Source of the DNA: Malacoraja senta
Taxonomy: Eukaryota
Assembly (NCBI GenBank): GCA_038087875.1
Contig: CM075979.1
Coordinates: forward strand, 17,236,001-17,300,000
Length of the DNA stretch: 64,000 nucleotides
Direction of reading: 5' to 3'
Position numbers and translations under genes: made by a program. This document shows positions 50,142 through 62,480 of this stretch, one piece after another. Position 1 is the first letter of the stretch. Every line of letters starts with the position of its first letter. Below the pieces are notes generated by a model that searched no databases, had not been told where the DNA came from, and saw only the letters and a list, made by a program, of their open reading frames with translations.

Positions 50142-51137
50142 ATGAAAAGTACATCTCCAGGTCAGAGCCCACAGAGGAAAATCTCAAAACATCTGCTGAA
50201 GACTCTGGAACAGCAAGAAACTTCAGAACTGACCTCTGGAGAGGTCTCTGGAATGGCTACTCGATCTGCAAAAGAGAAAACCGAAATGGAGGACTTAAGA
50301 AACTCGGTAAGAGATATCAAAAAGGATATGGAAGCTGGGAACAGTAAATTGATAGCCGGTAATGATAAAATACTTGAGGGTATTGAGGCTCTCCAAAAAA
50401 GAATTGAAGGTGTGGAAAAAGGACTATCGATAAAAATTGAAAAGGTGGCAGAAGAGACCACAAAGATGTTTGAGGTTGTGCACGAAACTGTGGCTGCAAA
50501 TGCATCTGCAGTGAATGATTTGGAAGCTGCTGTGGAAGTGATGGCTGGAGAGATGCAGACTATGAAGTCAGAAATAGATAGTCTCAAGAGCCAAGTCACA
50601 AAGGTTTCGAATAAATGTGTTGACCTAGAAGCTCGCTCAAGACGTCAAAATATAAGAATACGTGGTGTAAAAGAGGGAGCTGAGGGGGACAATGTTTGTG
50701 AGTTCGCTGCCAACCTAATTAAACACGTACTGAAGCTACCAGAAGTACCTGTAATTGAAGTAGCACATCGACTCCCCAGATTTAAATCAAGATCTCAAGG
50801 AGAACGTGCCTACCCACGACAGATCATAATTAAACTTCGGGATATCTCAACAATGGAAGCGCTGATGAAAAAAATCAACCACGGAGAGAAGATGATGTAC
50901 AGAGGTGATACTATTAAACTCCTACGGGACTACCCTTATGAGATTGAGCAAAAGAGAAGAAAGTTCTCACAGACCAGAGAAGTTCTTTATGGTGTTAAGG
51001 GAGTTTTGTGTGGAGTGTTTTATCCGGCTAGAATGCGTATCACCTTTGAGGGAGTGTCAAAAACATTCACTAATTCGGATGAATCTCTCAAATACGCTCA
51101 AGAAATCGCGACTAAGGCTGCATCAACTGGAGACTGA
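50142..51137 (+). CDS. L1 ORF1p (coiled coil plus RRM/CTD), 331 aa
   Basis: Heptad-rich N-terminal half, DLEARSRRQNIRIRGVKE, EVAHRL, RQIIIKL, LLRDYP and YPARMRITF motifs. Confidence 0.93.
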   Translation: MKSTSPGQSPQRKISKHLLKTLEQQETSELTSGEVSGMATRSAKEKTEMEDLRNSVRDIKKDMEAGNSKLIAGNDKILEGIEALQKRIEGVEKGLSIKIEKVAEETTKMFEVVHETVAANASAVNDLEAAVEVMAGEMQTMKSEIDSLKSQVTKVSNKCVDLEARSRRQNIRIRGVKEGAEGDNVCEFAANLIKHVLKLPEVPVIEVAHRLPRFKSRSQGERAYPRQIIIKLRDISTMEALMKKINHGEKMMYRGDTIKLLRDYPYEIEQKRRKFSQTREVLYGVKGVLCGVFYPARMRITFEGVSKTFTNSDESLKYAQEIATKAASTGD

Positions 51138-52344
51138 AAACCAAGACGACATGAACAAACGAACTTGCTTATTCTTCCAACAAGAGTATCACAAGGAAAG
51201 TGAATTAACTGAACACTGATTTTTTATTTTTTATTTGACTTCAAGCAACAGATTCTTAGTGAGACGTGGCTAGACATTATTATCTTCGCTGGAACATTGT
51301 GCTATGTAATTCAAGGACACTACGTGCTCAAACGAGGAAAACCTGATAACGGGACGAACTGCTGGGCTGAGAGTGAAAAACATCACATGGCTTATATTGT
51401 TTATAAAAAACTGAAAAAACTGAGAACTAATAATAATTAACAATTAACAATACTAATATAGAAATAGCAATTGAAATAGATAAAAAATGTGCAGTCTGCT
51501 CTGTTTAGCAGATAACAGCAAGTGCTATGCAGCTCGAGAGTGGAGGGAGGGGGAGACCGGGTACCTGGCATAACTCCAGGAGCCAGACTCCCGTTAACCC
51601 TTCCAGCGAACAGCTCATTTTTAACAATATTAAAATCAATTTAAAATAGTTAAGAGATAATATACACTCGAGGTTGATATGAAAAATATATACGGCTTAT
51701 ATAGTTTTACAAAATGCTGAGAATTAATCATAATTAATAATTAACAATACTAATATAGAAATAATATTTGAAACTGATAAAACTGTGGTGCCTGCGTCAT
51801 AACGCAGACAGCAGTTATCACCTATGTTCGCAGCTCGTGGAGAGGAGAGGAGATCAGGCACCTGGCACAATTCCAGGAACCTGACTCCGGTTAATCCACT
51901 CAGTAAACCGCTCACTTTAACAATACTAAACTCATTTTAAAATAGTTAAGAGATAAAGAGTGAGTAGGATATGGAATCGAATACATTTGACATATATATA
52001 AATTGTAACTGGGTGAAATAGAACTGAATTGGAAACGGTAATGACCCCATAGATTTTGGGTAATAAATACAGCGGGGCTAACTTTATACCAACTACGCCG
52101 GAAGCGTTATGGATGTCGTACCCCACAGACGAGTGGGCCACTCACTACGGTGTTGAAATTTTAGACACCGTAAATTTATTTGATTTATATATATTTTTTT
52201 TAATCACAATATGTCACATCTGTGTGTTTTTTCTTCAAGGACAATCGCGCAGGAGAACTACCAAGGAAGTCTATAATAGAAATACTCCCAAAATAACCAG
52301 AGTCCGGAGGTATGAACGCACCACAATAATTAAGGTCATTAAAA

Positions 52345-55300
52345 TTGGTAAAAATGCATGACGACAATCAAAAGAAAATAGGAGGAATCACATTATGTAG
52401 TTGGAATATAAGGGGGATTAATGAACCTATTAAAAGGGGCAAGATACTAGCTCAGTTGAAATCATACAACACGGACATAGCGTTTCTACAGGAAACACAT
52501 CTTAAACAGCAAGATCAGACAAGACTGAGGGCGAACTGGATAGGCCAAACATTTCACTCTTCATTTACCTCCAAATCTAGAGGTACTGCAATTATTATTC
52601 GTAAAGGAATTCCATTTAAATCAAAGAACACTATTTTAGATAAGGAAGGGAGATATCTTATAGTAGCAGGGGAGATCAATAATATGCCAATTACGCTGGT
52701 AAACATATATGCGCCCAACTTTGATAACCCTCAATTTTTTAATAAAATTCTGAATATAATTGCAGAATCTAATTATCAAAATGTTATAATCGGAGGAGAT
52801 TTTAATTGTGTTTTAGATCCTTATTTAGATAAATCGATGCAAAAACAAAAAGGTCAGACGAAATCTAAAACCAGTGAACTCTTACACACATATATGGAAA
52901 ACACAAATATAACAGATGTATGGAGGATTGCAAACCCGACGGGAAGGGATTACTCGTTTTATTCAATGGTGCATAAAACATATTCACGGATAGACTATTT
53001 TCTAGTGGATACAAAATTAATTTCGCAATCTCTGAATCCTAAATATCATATTAACGCGATCTCAGATCATTCTCCGTTAACTTTTGTTCTAAAACTAGAA
53101 GGAATGTCTATGAATAAACCGTTCTGGAGGTTTAACTCACAAATTTTAAAAGACCCTCAAGGGAGTATCTATCTAAAAAAACAGATGGATCTATTTTTTG
53201 AGTTAAATGATACACCAGAGATATCCCCCACGTTATTATGGGAATCCTTCAAAGCATTTATAAGAGGAGTCATTATTTCATTTCAAGCTTATCAAAATAA
53301 AAAGAATAAGAATGAACAAAGACACTTAGAAGATCAAATAAAACAGTTAGATATAGATAATGCTAAAGACCCAACTATGGATAAACATAATAAAATACTA
53401 CTACTGAAATTTCAGTTAAATAAATTACTGTCAGAGAAAGTTATAACATTATTTCAAATCACAAAACAAGAACACTTCGAATTCGGGGACAAACCCCACA
53501 AACTTCTAGCACGACAACTTAAAAAACGGGAAAAAGAGAATGCAATATTAAAGATTAAATCAGATAGAGGGGAAGTATTAACACTACCCAAGGATATTAA
53601 TAAAAGATTTGCTCAATTTTACCAGAATCTATACACATCTAAAACGTCAATAGACAATAATAAAATCTCAGAATTTTTAGATAATTGTAATCTACCACAA
53701 TTAGAACGCAGGGAACAAGAGGAACTGGGAGCACAAATTACTTCTAAGGAGATAGAAGACACAATAAAAACACTAAAAAATGGAAAAACACCAGGACCAG
53801 ACGGATTCAGTAATGAATTTTATAAATCTTTTTATGATATAGTTACTCCACGATTACAAAAAATGTATACATATGCTTATAAAGAGCAAAACCTACCTGA
53901 AACACTAGCGGAATCAACGATCATATTAATACTTAAAAAAGATAAAAATATAGAAGAACCAGGATCATATAGAGCTATTGCTTTGTTAAATACGGATCAG
54001 AAAATAATAGCAAAAACATTAGCCAATAGATTAAGCAAGTATGTTAGTAGACTAATACATGAGGATCAAACAGGATTTATACCTAAGAGACACTCATTTA
54101 ATAATTTGAGACGTTTGCTTAACATAATGCATTCACATAAATCTTATGACCAAGAGTTAGCTATCATCTCACTGGACGCAGAAAAAGCGTTTGATCAAGT
54201 AGAATGGGACTATATGATCAAAGTATTGCAAAAATTCCAATTGGGAGAAAACTTTATTGCATGGATAAAACTACTATATAACAAACCTACGGCTAGAATA
54301 CTAACTAATAATATATTATCTTCAAAATTCGAATTATCTAGGGGCAACAGACAAGGATGTTCACTATCACCGCTGTTATTTGCTTTGGTAATTGAACCCC
54401 TTGCTGAAAAAATAAGAACACACTCGAATATTCACGGTTATAACACAAAATATTCAAACAACAAACTATCCCTATATGCTGATGATGTACTACTGTACAT
54501 CACAAAACCACAAATTAGTATACCAAATATATTAAACTTAATTGAGGACTTTGGATCCTTTTCAGGATATAGAATAAATTGGAACAAAAGTGAAATTATG
54601 TCGATTAAACCAAAAGACTCAACACATCTCAGGAAATTCCCTTTTAAAATAGCTATGGAAAAATTCAAATATTTAGGAATTGAGATTACTAGAAATTACC
54701 ATGATATGTTTAAAGCTAATTATAATCCCCTACTTAAGAAATTAAATAATCTGATTAAATTTTGGAAAACACTTCCGATGTCCTTAATAGGTAGGATAAA
54801 TGCTATAAAAATGATTTTCTTACCACAAATCCTTTACCTATTTCAATCAATACCTATATATCTCCCAAAAAAGTTTTTCAAAAAACTGGACTCAGACATT
54901 ACAAATTTTATATGGGATTACAAATCCCACAGAATACAAAGAACACACCTTAATAAACGAAAAGAGTTGGGGGGTCTAGCGCTCCCTAACTTTATGTATT
55001 ATAACTGGGCAGTAAATATTAAAAATATGATTCACCTGCTGGACAATTCTGCCCAGCAGGTGGACTGGATTATAATGGAAAAAGGGGATTGCTCCCCGAA
55101 TAATATAGGAGCGATTATTCTCTCTCCAATAAATTTGAATAATAAAAATTATAATAAAAATCCAATTATATATAGCACTATTAGAACATGGAAGCAAATA
55201 AAACAGAATCTAAAATTAAGAAACCTATCTCTCTTAATACCAATAGTCAATAACCCATCGTTTAAACCTTCAATCATAGATAAAGCATTTATACAATGGG

Positions 55301-56145
55301 AAAGAATGGGAATTAAAACGCTCGAAGATCTGTATGAATTAGAAAAATTACTATCATTCCAACAACTACAACTGAAATATAATTTGAAAAATAATCAATA
55401 TTTTAAATATATACAAATCTGTGACTATTTGAAAACACACACAAAAGATTATTATAATATGCCTTCCGACTTACTAGATGAAGCAATGAAGACAAAGGCG
55501 GAATCAGTTAATTTAATATCATACTTATATAATATCATCTTAAATATAGAAATACCCACAACAGATGGAATTAGAAGAGATTGGGAACAAGATCTAGGTA
55601 TAAAAATTTCAAAAGAGAGTTGGGATAATCATTTATTACAGGTGCATAAATGCTCGATCAACGTACGACATACGCTTATCCAATTTAAAACATTACATAG
55701 ATTATATTATTCAAAAACCAAACTAAATAAAATCTTTCCTAACGTCTCACCAATCTGTGATAAATGTATATGTCAAGAAGCTACCATAGCACATTCTTTT
55801 GTTTTTTGTACAAAAATCCAAAAATTCTGGTTTGAAATATTTGATATTTTTTCAAAATTAATCAAAATAAAACTGGTACCAAAACCAGAATGGATTATTT
55901 TTGGAATATCGGAAGGTATTCCTGAATTAAACGTGTATCAGAAGAATTTACTCAATTATGGGCTAATAATGGGAAAAAAGCTTATACTTAAATTCTGGAA
56001 AAATGCGCCCACACCAACAATAAAAATGTGGACATCAAATATGTTGGAAACATTACATCTGGAAGAGATGAGATTCCTCCTAGTAGGCAAAGTAGATCAA
56101 TTTCAAAAGACGTGGTCTACGTTTTTGGACCTATTACAAGCATGA
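52345..56145 (+). CDS. L1 ORF2p (APE endonuclease plus reverse transcriptase), uninterrupted; first ATG at 52354
   Basis: SWNIRGIN, FLQETH, GGDFN, SRIDY and SDHS (APE); SLDAEKAFD, RQGCSLSP and LYADD (RT); C-terminal C-x2-C...H...C motif. Confidence 0.97.
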   Translation: MVKMHDDNQKKIGGITLCSWNIRGINEPIKRGKILAQLKSYNTDIAFLQETHLKQQDQTRLRANWIGQTFHSSFTSKSRGTAIIIRKGIPFKSKNTILDKEGRYLIVAGEINNMPITLVNIYAPNFDNPQFFNKILNIIAESNYQNVIIGGDFNCVLDPYLDKSMQKQKGQTKSKTSELLHTYMENTNITDVWRIANPTGRDYSFYSMVHKTYSRIDYFLVDTKLISQSLNPKYHINAISDHSPLTFVLKLEGMSMNKPFWRFNSQILKDPQGSIYLKKQMDLFFELNDTPEISPTLLWESFKAFIRGVIISFQAYQNKKNKNEQRHLEDQIKQLDIDNAKDPTMDKHNKILLLKFQLNKLLSEKVITLFQITKQEHFEFGDKPHKLLARQLKKREKENAILKIKSDRGEVLTLPKDINKRFAQFYQNLYTSKTSIDNNKISEFLDNCNLPQLERREQEELGAQITSKEIEDTIKTLKNGKTPGPDGFSNEFYKSFYDIVTPRLQKMYTYAYKEQNLPETLAESTIILILKKDKNIEEPGSYRAIALLNTDQKIIAKTLANRLSKYVSRLIHEDQTGFIPKRHSFNNLRRLLNIMHSHKSYDQELAIISLDAEKAFDQVEWDYMIKVLQKFQLGENFIAWIKLLYNKPTARILTNNILSSKFELSRGNRQGCSLSPLLFALVIEPLAEKIRTHSNIHGYNTKYSNNKLSLYADDVLLYITKPQISIPNILNLIEDFGSFSGYRINWNKSEIMSIKPKDSTHLRKFPFKIAMEKFKYLGIEITRNYHDMFKANYNPLLKKLNNLIKFWKTLPMSLIGRINAIKMIFLPQILYLFQSIPIYLPKKFFKKLDSDITNFIWDYKSHRIQRTHLNKRKELGGLALPNFMYYNWAVNIKNMIHLLDNSAQQVDWIIMEKGDCSPNNIGAIILSPINLNNKNYNKNPIIYSTIRTWKQIKQNLKLRNLSLLIPIVNNPSFKPSIIDKAFIQWERMGIKTLEDLYELEKLLSFQQLQLKYNLKNNQYFKYIQICDYLKTHTKDYYNMPSDLLDEAMKTKAESVNLISYLYNIILNIEIPTTDGIRRDWEQDLGIKISKESWDNHLLQVHKCSINVRHTLIQFKTLHRLYYSKTKLNKIFPNVSPICDKCICQEATIAHSFVFCTKIQKFWFEIFDIFSKLIKIKLVPKPEWIIFGISEGIPELNVYQKNLLNYGLIMGKKLILKFWKNAPTPTIKMWTSNMLETLHLEEMRFLLVGKVDQFQKTWSTFLDLLQA

Positions 56146-56552
56146 GGTGCAATAGTAATTTAGAAAAACAAATAAATAAATAAAAGGTATCTGGACCTGG
56201 TAATGGGAGGTAAAATAAAAACAGACTTGGTTGGTAGTTCCTTCTCTATGAAGTATGGTATAAGAGTTATAATAGAGCGATTGTTCCTTCTTTCTTTCTC
56301 TTTTTTTTTCTAGGGTCTATTTTCTAACTTTTCTTCCTTCTCTAACCTCTTTTCTAAGGGGCTTTCTTTTCCCAACACTCTTTTGCACTTCACAACCTTT
56401 GCGCACTTTCTTCACTTTTCTTACTTCTTTCTTTTTCTTTCTTAAAGTTTAAAAAAGTGAAGCGGTACAAAAAATGTATTAATATATACGTGTTGTACAT
56501 TACTGTAATCTACCGTACTTCTAAAAAATAAAAAAAAATAAAAAATAAAAAA

Positions 56553-56590
<38 letters not shown>

Positions 56591-56596
56591 AATAAA

Positions 56597-56910
56597 ATAA
56601 AATAAAAGTTCTTACCTCCCTGCTCCTTGAAGCAGGGGAATCCCACATGGTCATAAAGAATTGGTGAAGTCAAAGTGCCGCAAATAGTTAGGTCCCTTAA
56701 ATAGCAGTGGTAGCCAAAATAATCTGACATCATGCTCTGAAATGTAATTAAACAAGTTAATTTCCCTACATGAAAAATAACACACTAGTTTGTTTAATCT
56801 GAGGCTAAATTCTCTGAGTCTATACAACTTTTGTTGTGTAACTTCTTTAATTAATAAGTTTGTTATATTTCTCTAGCAGATAAAAATACGTTTAAAAAAG
56901 GAAACTACTT
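56597..56910. repeat. 314-bp direct repeat, right copy
   Basis: Directly follows the L1 poly(A); identical by eye to 49640-49953. Confidence 0.95.
56616..56733 (-). CDS. ELF5: ELF5 first coding exon, copy A (exon 56736-56616)
   Basis: Identical to copy B, with the acceptor and donor both inside the duplicated block. Confidence 0.78.
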
Positions 56911-56912
56911 AC

Positions 56913-57026
56913 TCATAACCATGTAAACATGCAGGATAAACAGCAACTGCACATAAATTTGTACACACAACTTCTCTCAGCAAGAGAAGAATGTTTCTCA
57001 TCACCGATTAGATCATTTTATTTATA
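56913..57026 (-). promoter_or_regulatory. ELF5: Predicted ELF5 TATA box (57026-57019) and non-coding exon 1 (~56993-56913)
   Basis: Minus-strand TATAAATA, and the donor ATGA|GTAAGT at 56913/56912, 176 nt above the copy A acceptor. The TSS position is estimated. Confidence 0.55.
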
Positions 57027-58365
57027 AAGGACACACCTCTTTGAAGTCACATACTGTATATTATTTTGTAATATAAATTAGTTAATGGAAAATTCCACTG
57101 AACTAGATTGACAGAGTCCCCTGTGTTCTGATTTTAAAATGCCTCAGAGGGGAAATGTTATATCCGTCTGCAAAATGTAAATATTCAGCATGATGCTAAG
57201 GTACATTCCAACAATTACATAAGGTGTGGTGACGTAAGGAACTGCAGATGCTGGTTTACCAAAAAAAGACACAAAGTGCTGGAGTAACGTAGTGGGTCAG
57301 GCAGCGTCTCAGGAGAACATGGATAGGTGACGTTTCAGGTTGGGCCCGTTCTTCAGACTAATTGTGGATGTGCGGAGAGGGAACTGGGAGAGGTGGGAAC
57401 AGGGCAAAGCCATGCAAGTGATAGGTGGATACACGTGAGGGACGGCAGTTTTGATAGATATATGGTTGGACAAAGGCCAGAGATAAAGGGCCAAAAGTGC
57501 GAGACGAGGATAGAAGTGCAAATTGTTACGGAATTTAGGTGAAAGGAGGGAGGGGAGAAACGGGTATGAATCCATATGGCACAGGGAGGAGAGGGGGGGA
57601 TAAAGAGGGGGAGGGATGTTAGTTAGCTAGTTACCTGAAATTGGAGAGATCAATGTTTATCCGGTTAGATTATAAGCTACCCAAGATGAATACGAGGTGC
57701 TGTTCCTCCAGTTTGTGTCAGGCCTCTCTCTGGCAATGAAGGAAGCCCAGGACAGAGAGGTCAGTATAAGAATGGGAAGAGGAGTTAAAATGATTAGCAA
57801 CTGGGAGATTCAGCAGTCCTTGGCGGATCGAATGCAAATGTTCGGCAAAACCATCACCTAGCCTATACTTGGTCGTGTTGATGTATAGGAGAACATCAAG
57901 AACACCAATGCAATGGATGATATTAGAGGAGGTGCACATGAAACCCTATTTCACCTGAAAGGGCTGCTGTGGTGTCCGGATGGATGTGAGGGAGATAGTA
58001 TAGGGAAGTGTGACATCTCCTGCCGTTACATGGAAAAGTATCTGGAGAGGAGGTTGTTTTCAGTGCAAAGGGATTAGTGAACATAGTAGTTGCGGAGGGA
58101 ACGGTTTCTGCGAAGGCAGAAAGGGTGCAGATGGGAAGATGTGACTTTTGGCGGGATCAGGTTGAAGGTAGCGGAAATGTTGAAGAATAGTAAGATTAAA
58201 CGAGAACTTACCAGTTTGAAGTTTGATCTTTATTTTATGAGGAGTTACGATGAGCGATTACGTGAAGAAGCCCGCCAGATAAGAGTAGTTGAAGTGACAT
58301 AGTAAGATTAGAGAAAACTAGAACTACCAGATGACCTTTATGATACGAGGGTTGGGAGCGGAGGG

Positions 58366-58467
58366 CACGTAATCGCTCATCGTAACGCATCATAAAATAA
58401 AGATCAAACTTCAAACTGGTAAGTTCTCGTTTAATCTTACTATTTTACTTCGGAGTCACGTGAGTGA
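58366..58467. other. DIRS internal complementary region (ICR) containing the circle junction
   Basis: 58366-58444 is the reverse complement of 58186-58264 (2 mismatches in 79 bp). 58442-58465 is the reverse complement of ~62739-62762. The two matches overlap at ATT. Confidence 0.9.
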
Positions 58468-60419
58468 TTCCGTGAGGATTTCAAAGTTCTGTGATTTCAT
58501 GCCGTGGAAAGGTCCACACAAACACAACTGCATCAATTGACCACAGATAAGGGAAACATTGATAATGCATACAGACATGACATGGATTTAAAACATGCTG
58601 ATGCTATTTAATGAACAAATAATAATAATAGTAACCCCTCTCATCCGGGAGGAACTATAAAATAGAACCTAAAATAGAGTTGGCAAATACCCCCGGTCTG
58701 GCTATGGGTTATTATAAAATGTTTGGAAAGCTCGTTCGTTAGACCATCCTGCAGTCGCTAGGATATGATCCAGTGGAAGGTACATAACCCTTGCTGCTGA
58801 TGTTGTAGCAGCCCTGGTGGAGTGAGATTAGAAAATATTAGTATCTATTCCTACATAAGCCAAAACCCCGTTTTAACCACCTGGAGATGGTCTGAACTGA
58901 TACCTTTTTATGAGGTTTTTCGTAACTAACAAACATTGCTAGTATCAGAGCCTCTAAGGCTCTAGGTGACCTTGACGTATTGTTGTAAATGTGTGAGCAC
59001 ACATAACCGAAGGTCCATGGGGTATGCCATGAGAACTAGTTGGAGACTGGGCTGCTCTACTTAACTAAATCATAAACGTAAAATATTATATTATTTGCAG
59101 GTGCAACCATCCTGTCCAGTCGCAATTTATGTAGTGACTAGACCCATTGCGCTGAGACCAGCGCCCTGAGGATAACTACCTTATGAGAGCCGGGCCAAAG
59201 ATAAGGATGTAGCTGGAGCCCCCTGGTGAAGTAGTGTTAACACAATGTCAATATCCCATACTTCCGTGTGCTTGGGCCATTAACTTGTGTTAATGATATC
59301 CTTTATAAACTGGATATCAGAGGGTGAGACCCGACAGAGTGGGTCCTGCGCGCTGCAGCAAATATGATGAGAAGGCACGTTGGGCTCAGTTAATGGCTTT
59401 ATAACTTAATTTATTGTCAAGGACCCATTTAAAATGAACTCCAAGACGTCAGTAATCCGTGCCGTATTATATGTAACATAGTATTTAAACAAAACGCTTC
59501 CCATCTCCTGAAGAGGAAATGTACTGATTTTTTGGTGCTGTCCCTGCACTCTGCAGTGAGCACACACATAGATCGGTCTGACAATCCGAGCCGCAGGGGC
59601 AGTCTTCTCAGAGTCTGCAAGTCAATGAATTGATTTTATCATGATGGGGCTGGTTTCCCGAGTCACAGGCTGAACCAGCAAAGTTTTATGTTTAGAATAA
59701 CCATATAAGGTTCTATTATATTCCCAACATAAGTGGGAACCATGGCTGCATAGGCCAGTCAGGCAGTACGAAAAACCCTGAAGCGGGATCTTGCTGAATT
59801 TATTGCAAGACCCGACTGATGAGGCAAAATGGAAAAAAGACATAAAAGAACATTCCTCCCCGTGTAGCGAGAATGTATCTCTCACCACTGTGAACCACAT
59901 ATTTTTGCAACCGGTGAATGAGCCTGGATACAAACATATCGATACTCGGTGTTCCATCGAGCCATAATGTCATAAAATACTTTGTGATCCAACATCCATT
60001 CTGCGTTGTCATTGATTTTACGTGATGATACACCAGCGCCAATTGAGGTTAGGTAAATATGACAGGATACTTTGACTGGATTGCACCCATGTGACTAACA
60101 TATGCCACCACCACATGCAAATTATGCATATTCGCACAATAACCCTTTAACCCATAGAATGCACATGGTGTCTATAGGTAGTTGATACCAATAACTGAAG
60201 ATTAACCTGGGAGCTGAAGTTAGCCCATTTTGCAACCCTTTAACTGTTATCATTGTCCCATCCAGATAAATTTCAAATGTCTCCGGTGATCCCTGAGAAT
60301 GGAATCAGTTGTTTAACAGTAACGAAGTTCCATATTCTGAAAAGTCTATGTTGCACATGCGAGTTAAATCAAGGATGAACCGACATCCTCCATCGTTCAC
60401 AATGAACAGGCCACGCCTG

Positions 60420-60690
60420 CCATAATTCCATGCCTGCCTCGAACGACAACTCTGACCAGATTCCCGAGCCTGTCTCGAAAGGTAATTCTGGCCATAATAC
60501 TGAGCCTGCCTCGAAAGACAACTCTGACCATAATACTGGGCCTGCCTTGAAAGACAACTCCGGCCATAATTCTGAGCCTGCCTCGAAAGACAACTCTGGC
60601 CATATTTCAGAGCTTGTCTCGGAAGGCAATCCTGGCCGTAATACTGAGCCTGCATCGAAAGACAACCCTGGCCCCAATTCCAAGCCAGGC
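60420..60690. repeat. 36-bp minisatellite, about 7 copies, inside the DIRS pol N-terminus
   Basis: Unit is approximately GAGCCTGCCTCGAAAGACAACTCTGGCCATAATACT, giving 12-aa periodicity in several open frames. Confidence 0.9.
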
Positions 60691-62237
60691 TTGGAACCCT
60701 TGTATACTGTGCAAAATAAACCAATCACATGTTATCATTTAGTTTATAAACGGATCTGAATCTCATGTTATCATTGTCATTTGTACAAAAAACAAGTGTA
60801 AATATTACCAACTTGTAAATGCTCCACATACCCCATGTTTCGGAAGAACCAGACCCACCTACCTCCATGGTTACCGGTGGTCTTATGGTAAGCCCAAAGG
60901 ACCCTGATGTGGTACTATTCCAGTCCTTGATTGGAGAGTAGGACTGGTAGGGTGTGTGGATTTCATATTTCCTGAGACCGGCTTGGACCTTGGCCTGAAA
61001 GACCTCTGCCCAACTTTCAAGCTGCCACCAGCTTCAGTGAACTGCTTACTACCGATGAGACGTGGGGTGTGTCGTCGCCAAAACGATGAAGCTTTGTTCA
61101 TCGTTGGTACCTTGATTAGGCCGACAGCTTTTGCTTCCTCATCCAGGTATACCTGTTGGATAAGTCTTACCTGAAGAGAAGATTTGGCAGCTGGTTTCAT
61201 TTCCTGGATTTCATGCCTCCAATGTCACCCCTGATAGCGCTGTTCACTGCCGGCACTTGTAGCGTGAGGGGAACTCTGGCCCCTTCTGGGTTTTCTGCCA
61301 ACGGCTGGAACCAACTCTTCCGGCAGTAACCCCTTCATTTGAGAGTATTTCCTTGGAGCCATATGCATGTGCTCCAGTATGTTCCACGGACATACTTTCG
61401 AATTTGAAGTCAGTTACACACTGACCACTCGCACTCCCCTCCACAGAGAGGGAGATTCGTAGGCAGCCCTGAAAACAGGTGCTGCCGCAGGCCCCTGCGC
61501 TAATATGGCCCCTCCAACGGACTTATATCATGATTGAGCATCACATTCGTAGGTAGCCCTGAAAACAGGTGCTGCCGCAGGCCCCTGTGGATACCTGCGC
61601 TGACATGGCCCCTCCTACGGACCTATAATCAGGATTTCTGCTCTGAGTCAGACAGGAACTGACCCCGAATGCTGTCCTCCTCAGAGAGGGAGACATTGTG
61701 CAGCTCTGAAACAGGTGCCACTGCCGTGGGCCCCCGAGGAGACCCGCGCTGATAACTCCCTCCTTTGGAGTATCATTGTGGAGCAACCTCTCCATCAGGT
61801 GCTCCATGTGGGTTTAGACCCACATATAGGTTAACCTACAAACCTATACGTCTTTGGAGTGTGGGAGGAAACCGGAGCACCTGGAGAAAACCCACGCGGT
61901 TCACGGGCAAAAACAGTTAGGTTTGCCAAGTTACCCGGTGTAGGGGCACCAAGAACCAGAGGATGTAGTTGAGGCCAGTTCATTGGCTATATTTAAGAGG
62001 GAGTTAGATGTGGCCCTTGTGGCTAAAGGGATCAGGGGGTATGGAGAGAAGGCAGGCACGGGATACTGAGTTGGATGATCAGCCATGATCATATTGAATG
62101 GTGGTGCAGGCTCGAAGGGCCGAATAGCCTACTCCTGCACCTATTTTCTATGTTTCTATGTTTTCTAGACGTCCGCAGACGCTACCCATTGAAGGAGGGG
62201 AACCCTCCTGGCCCGACTCGTCCGAGTCCAAAGGCCT

Positions 62238-62480
62238 GACCGACTTACTCCTGGTTTTACCCCTTTTCTGGGGCACCATAACGGTCTGGGAGCCGCTGAC
62301 CGCACTGTCAGTGACTCGGGTGGAGAGACCGACTTACTCCTGGTTTTACCCCCTTTCTGGGGCACCATAGCGGTCTGGGAGCCGCTGACTGGACTGTCAA
62401 CGACTCGGGTGGCGAGACCGACTTACTATTGGCTTTTACCCCCTTTCTGGGGCACCACAGCAGTCTGGGAGCCACTGACC
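62238..62480. repeat. 89-bp tandem repeat, about 2.7 copies, in the DIRS 5' region
   Basis: GACCGACTTACT... units start at 62238, 62327 and 62416. Confidence 0.85.

Larger units (their letters stand above)
49954..56596 (+). mobile_element. Full-length, potentially active L1-clade LINE, antisense within ELF5
   Basis: Short CpG-rich 5'UTR, intact ORF1 and ORF2, a 1.2-kb inter-ORF spacer, a pyrimidine-rich 3'UTR and a long poly(A) at ~56523-56596. Confidence 0.97.

Noticed and set aside
60420-60690. 36-bp periodicity resembling a CRISPR array
   Set aside because: The units are contiguous with no unique spacers, there are no cas genes, and the context is a eukaryotic retrotransposon.
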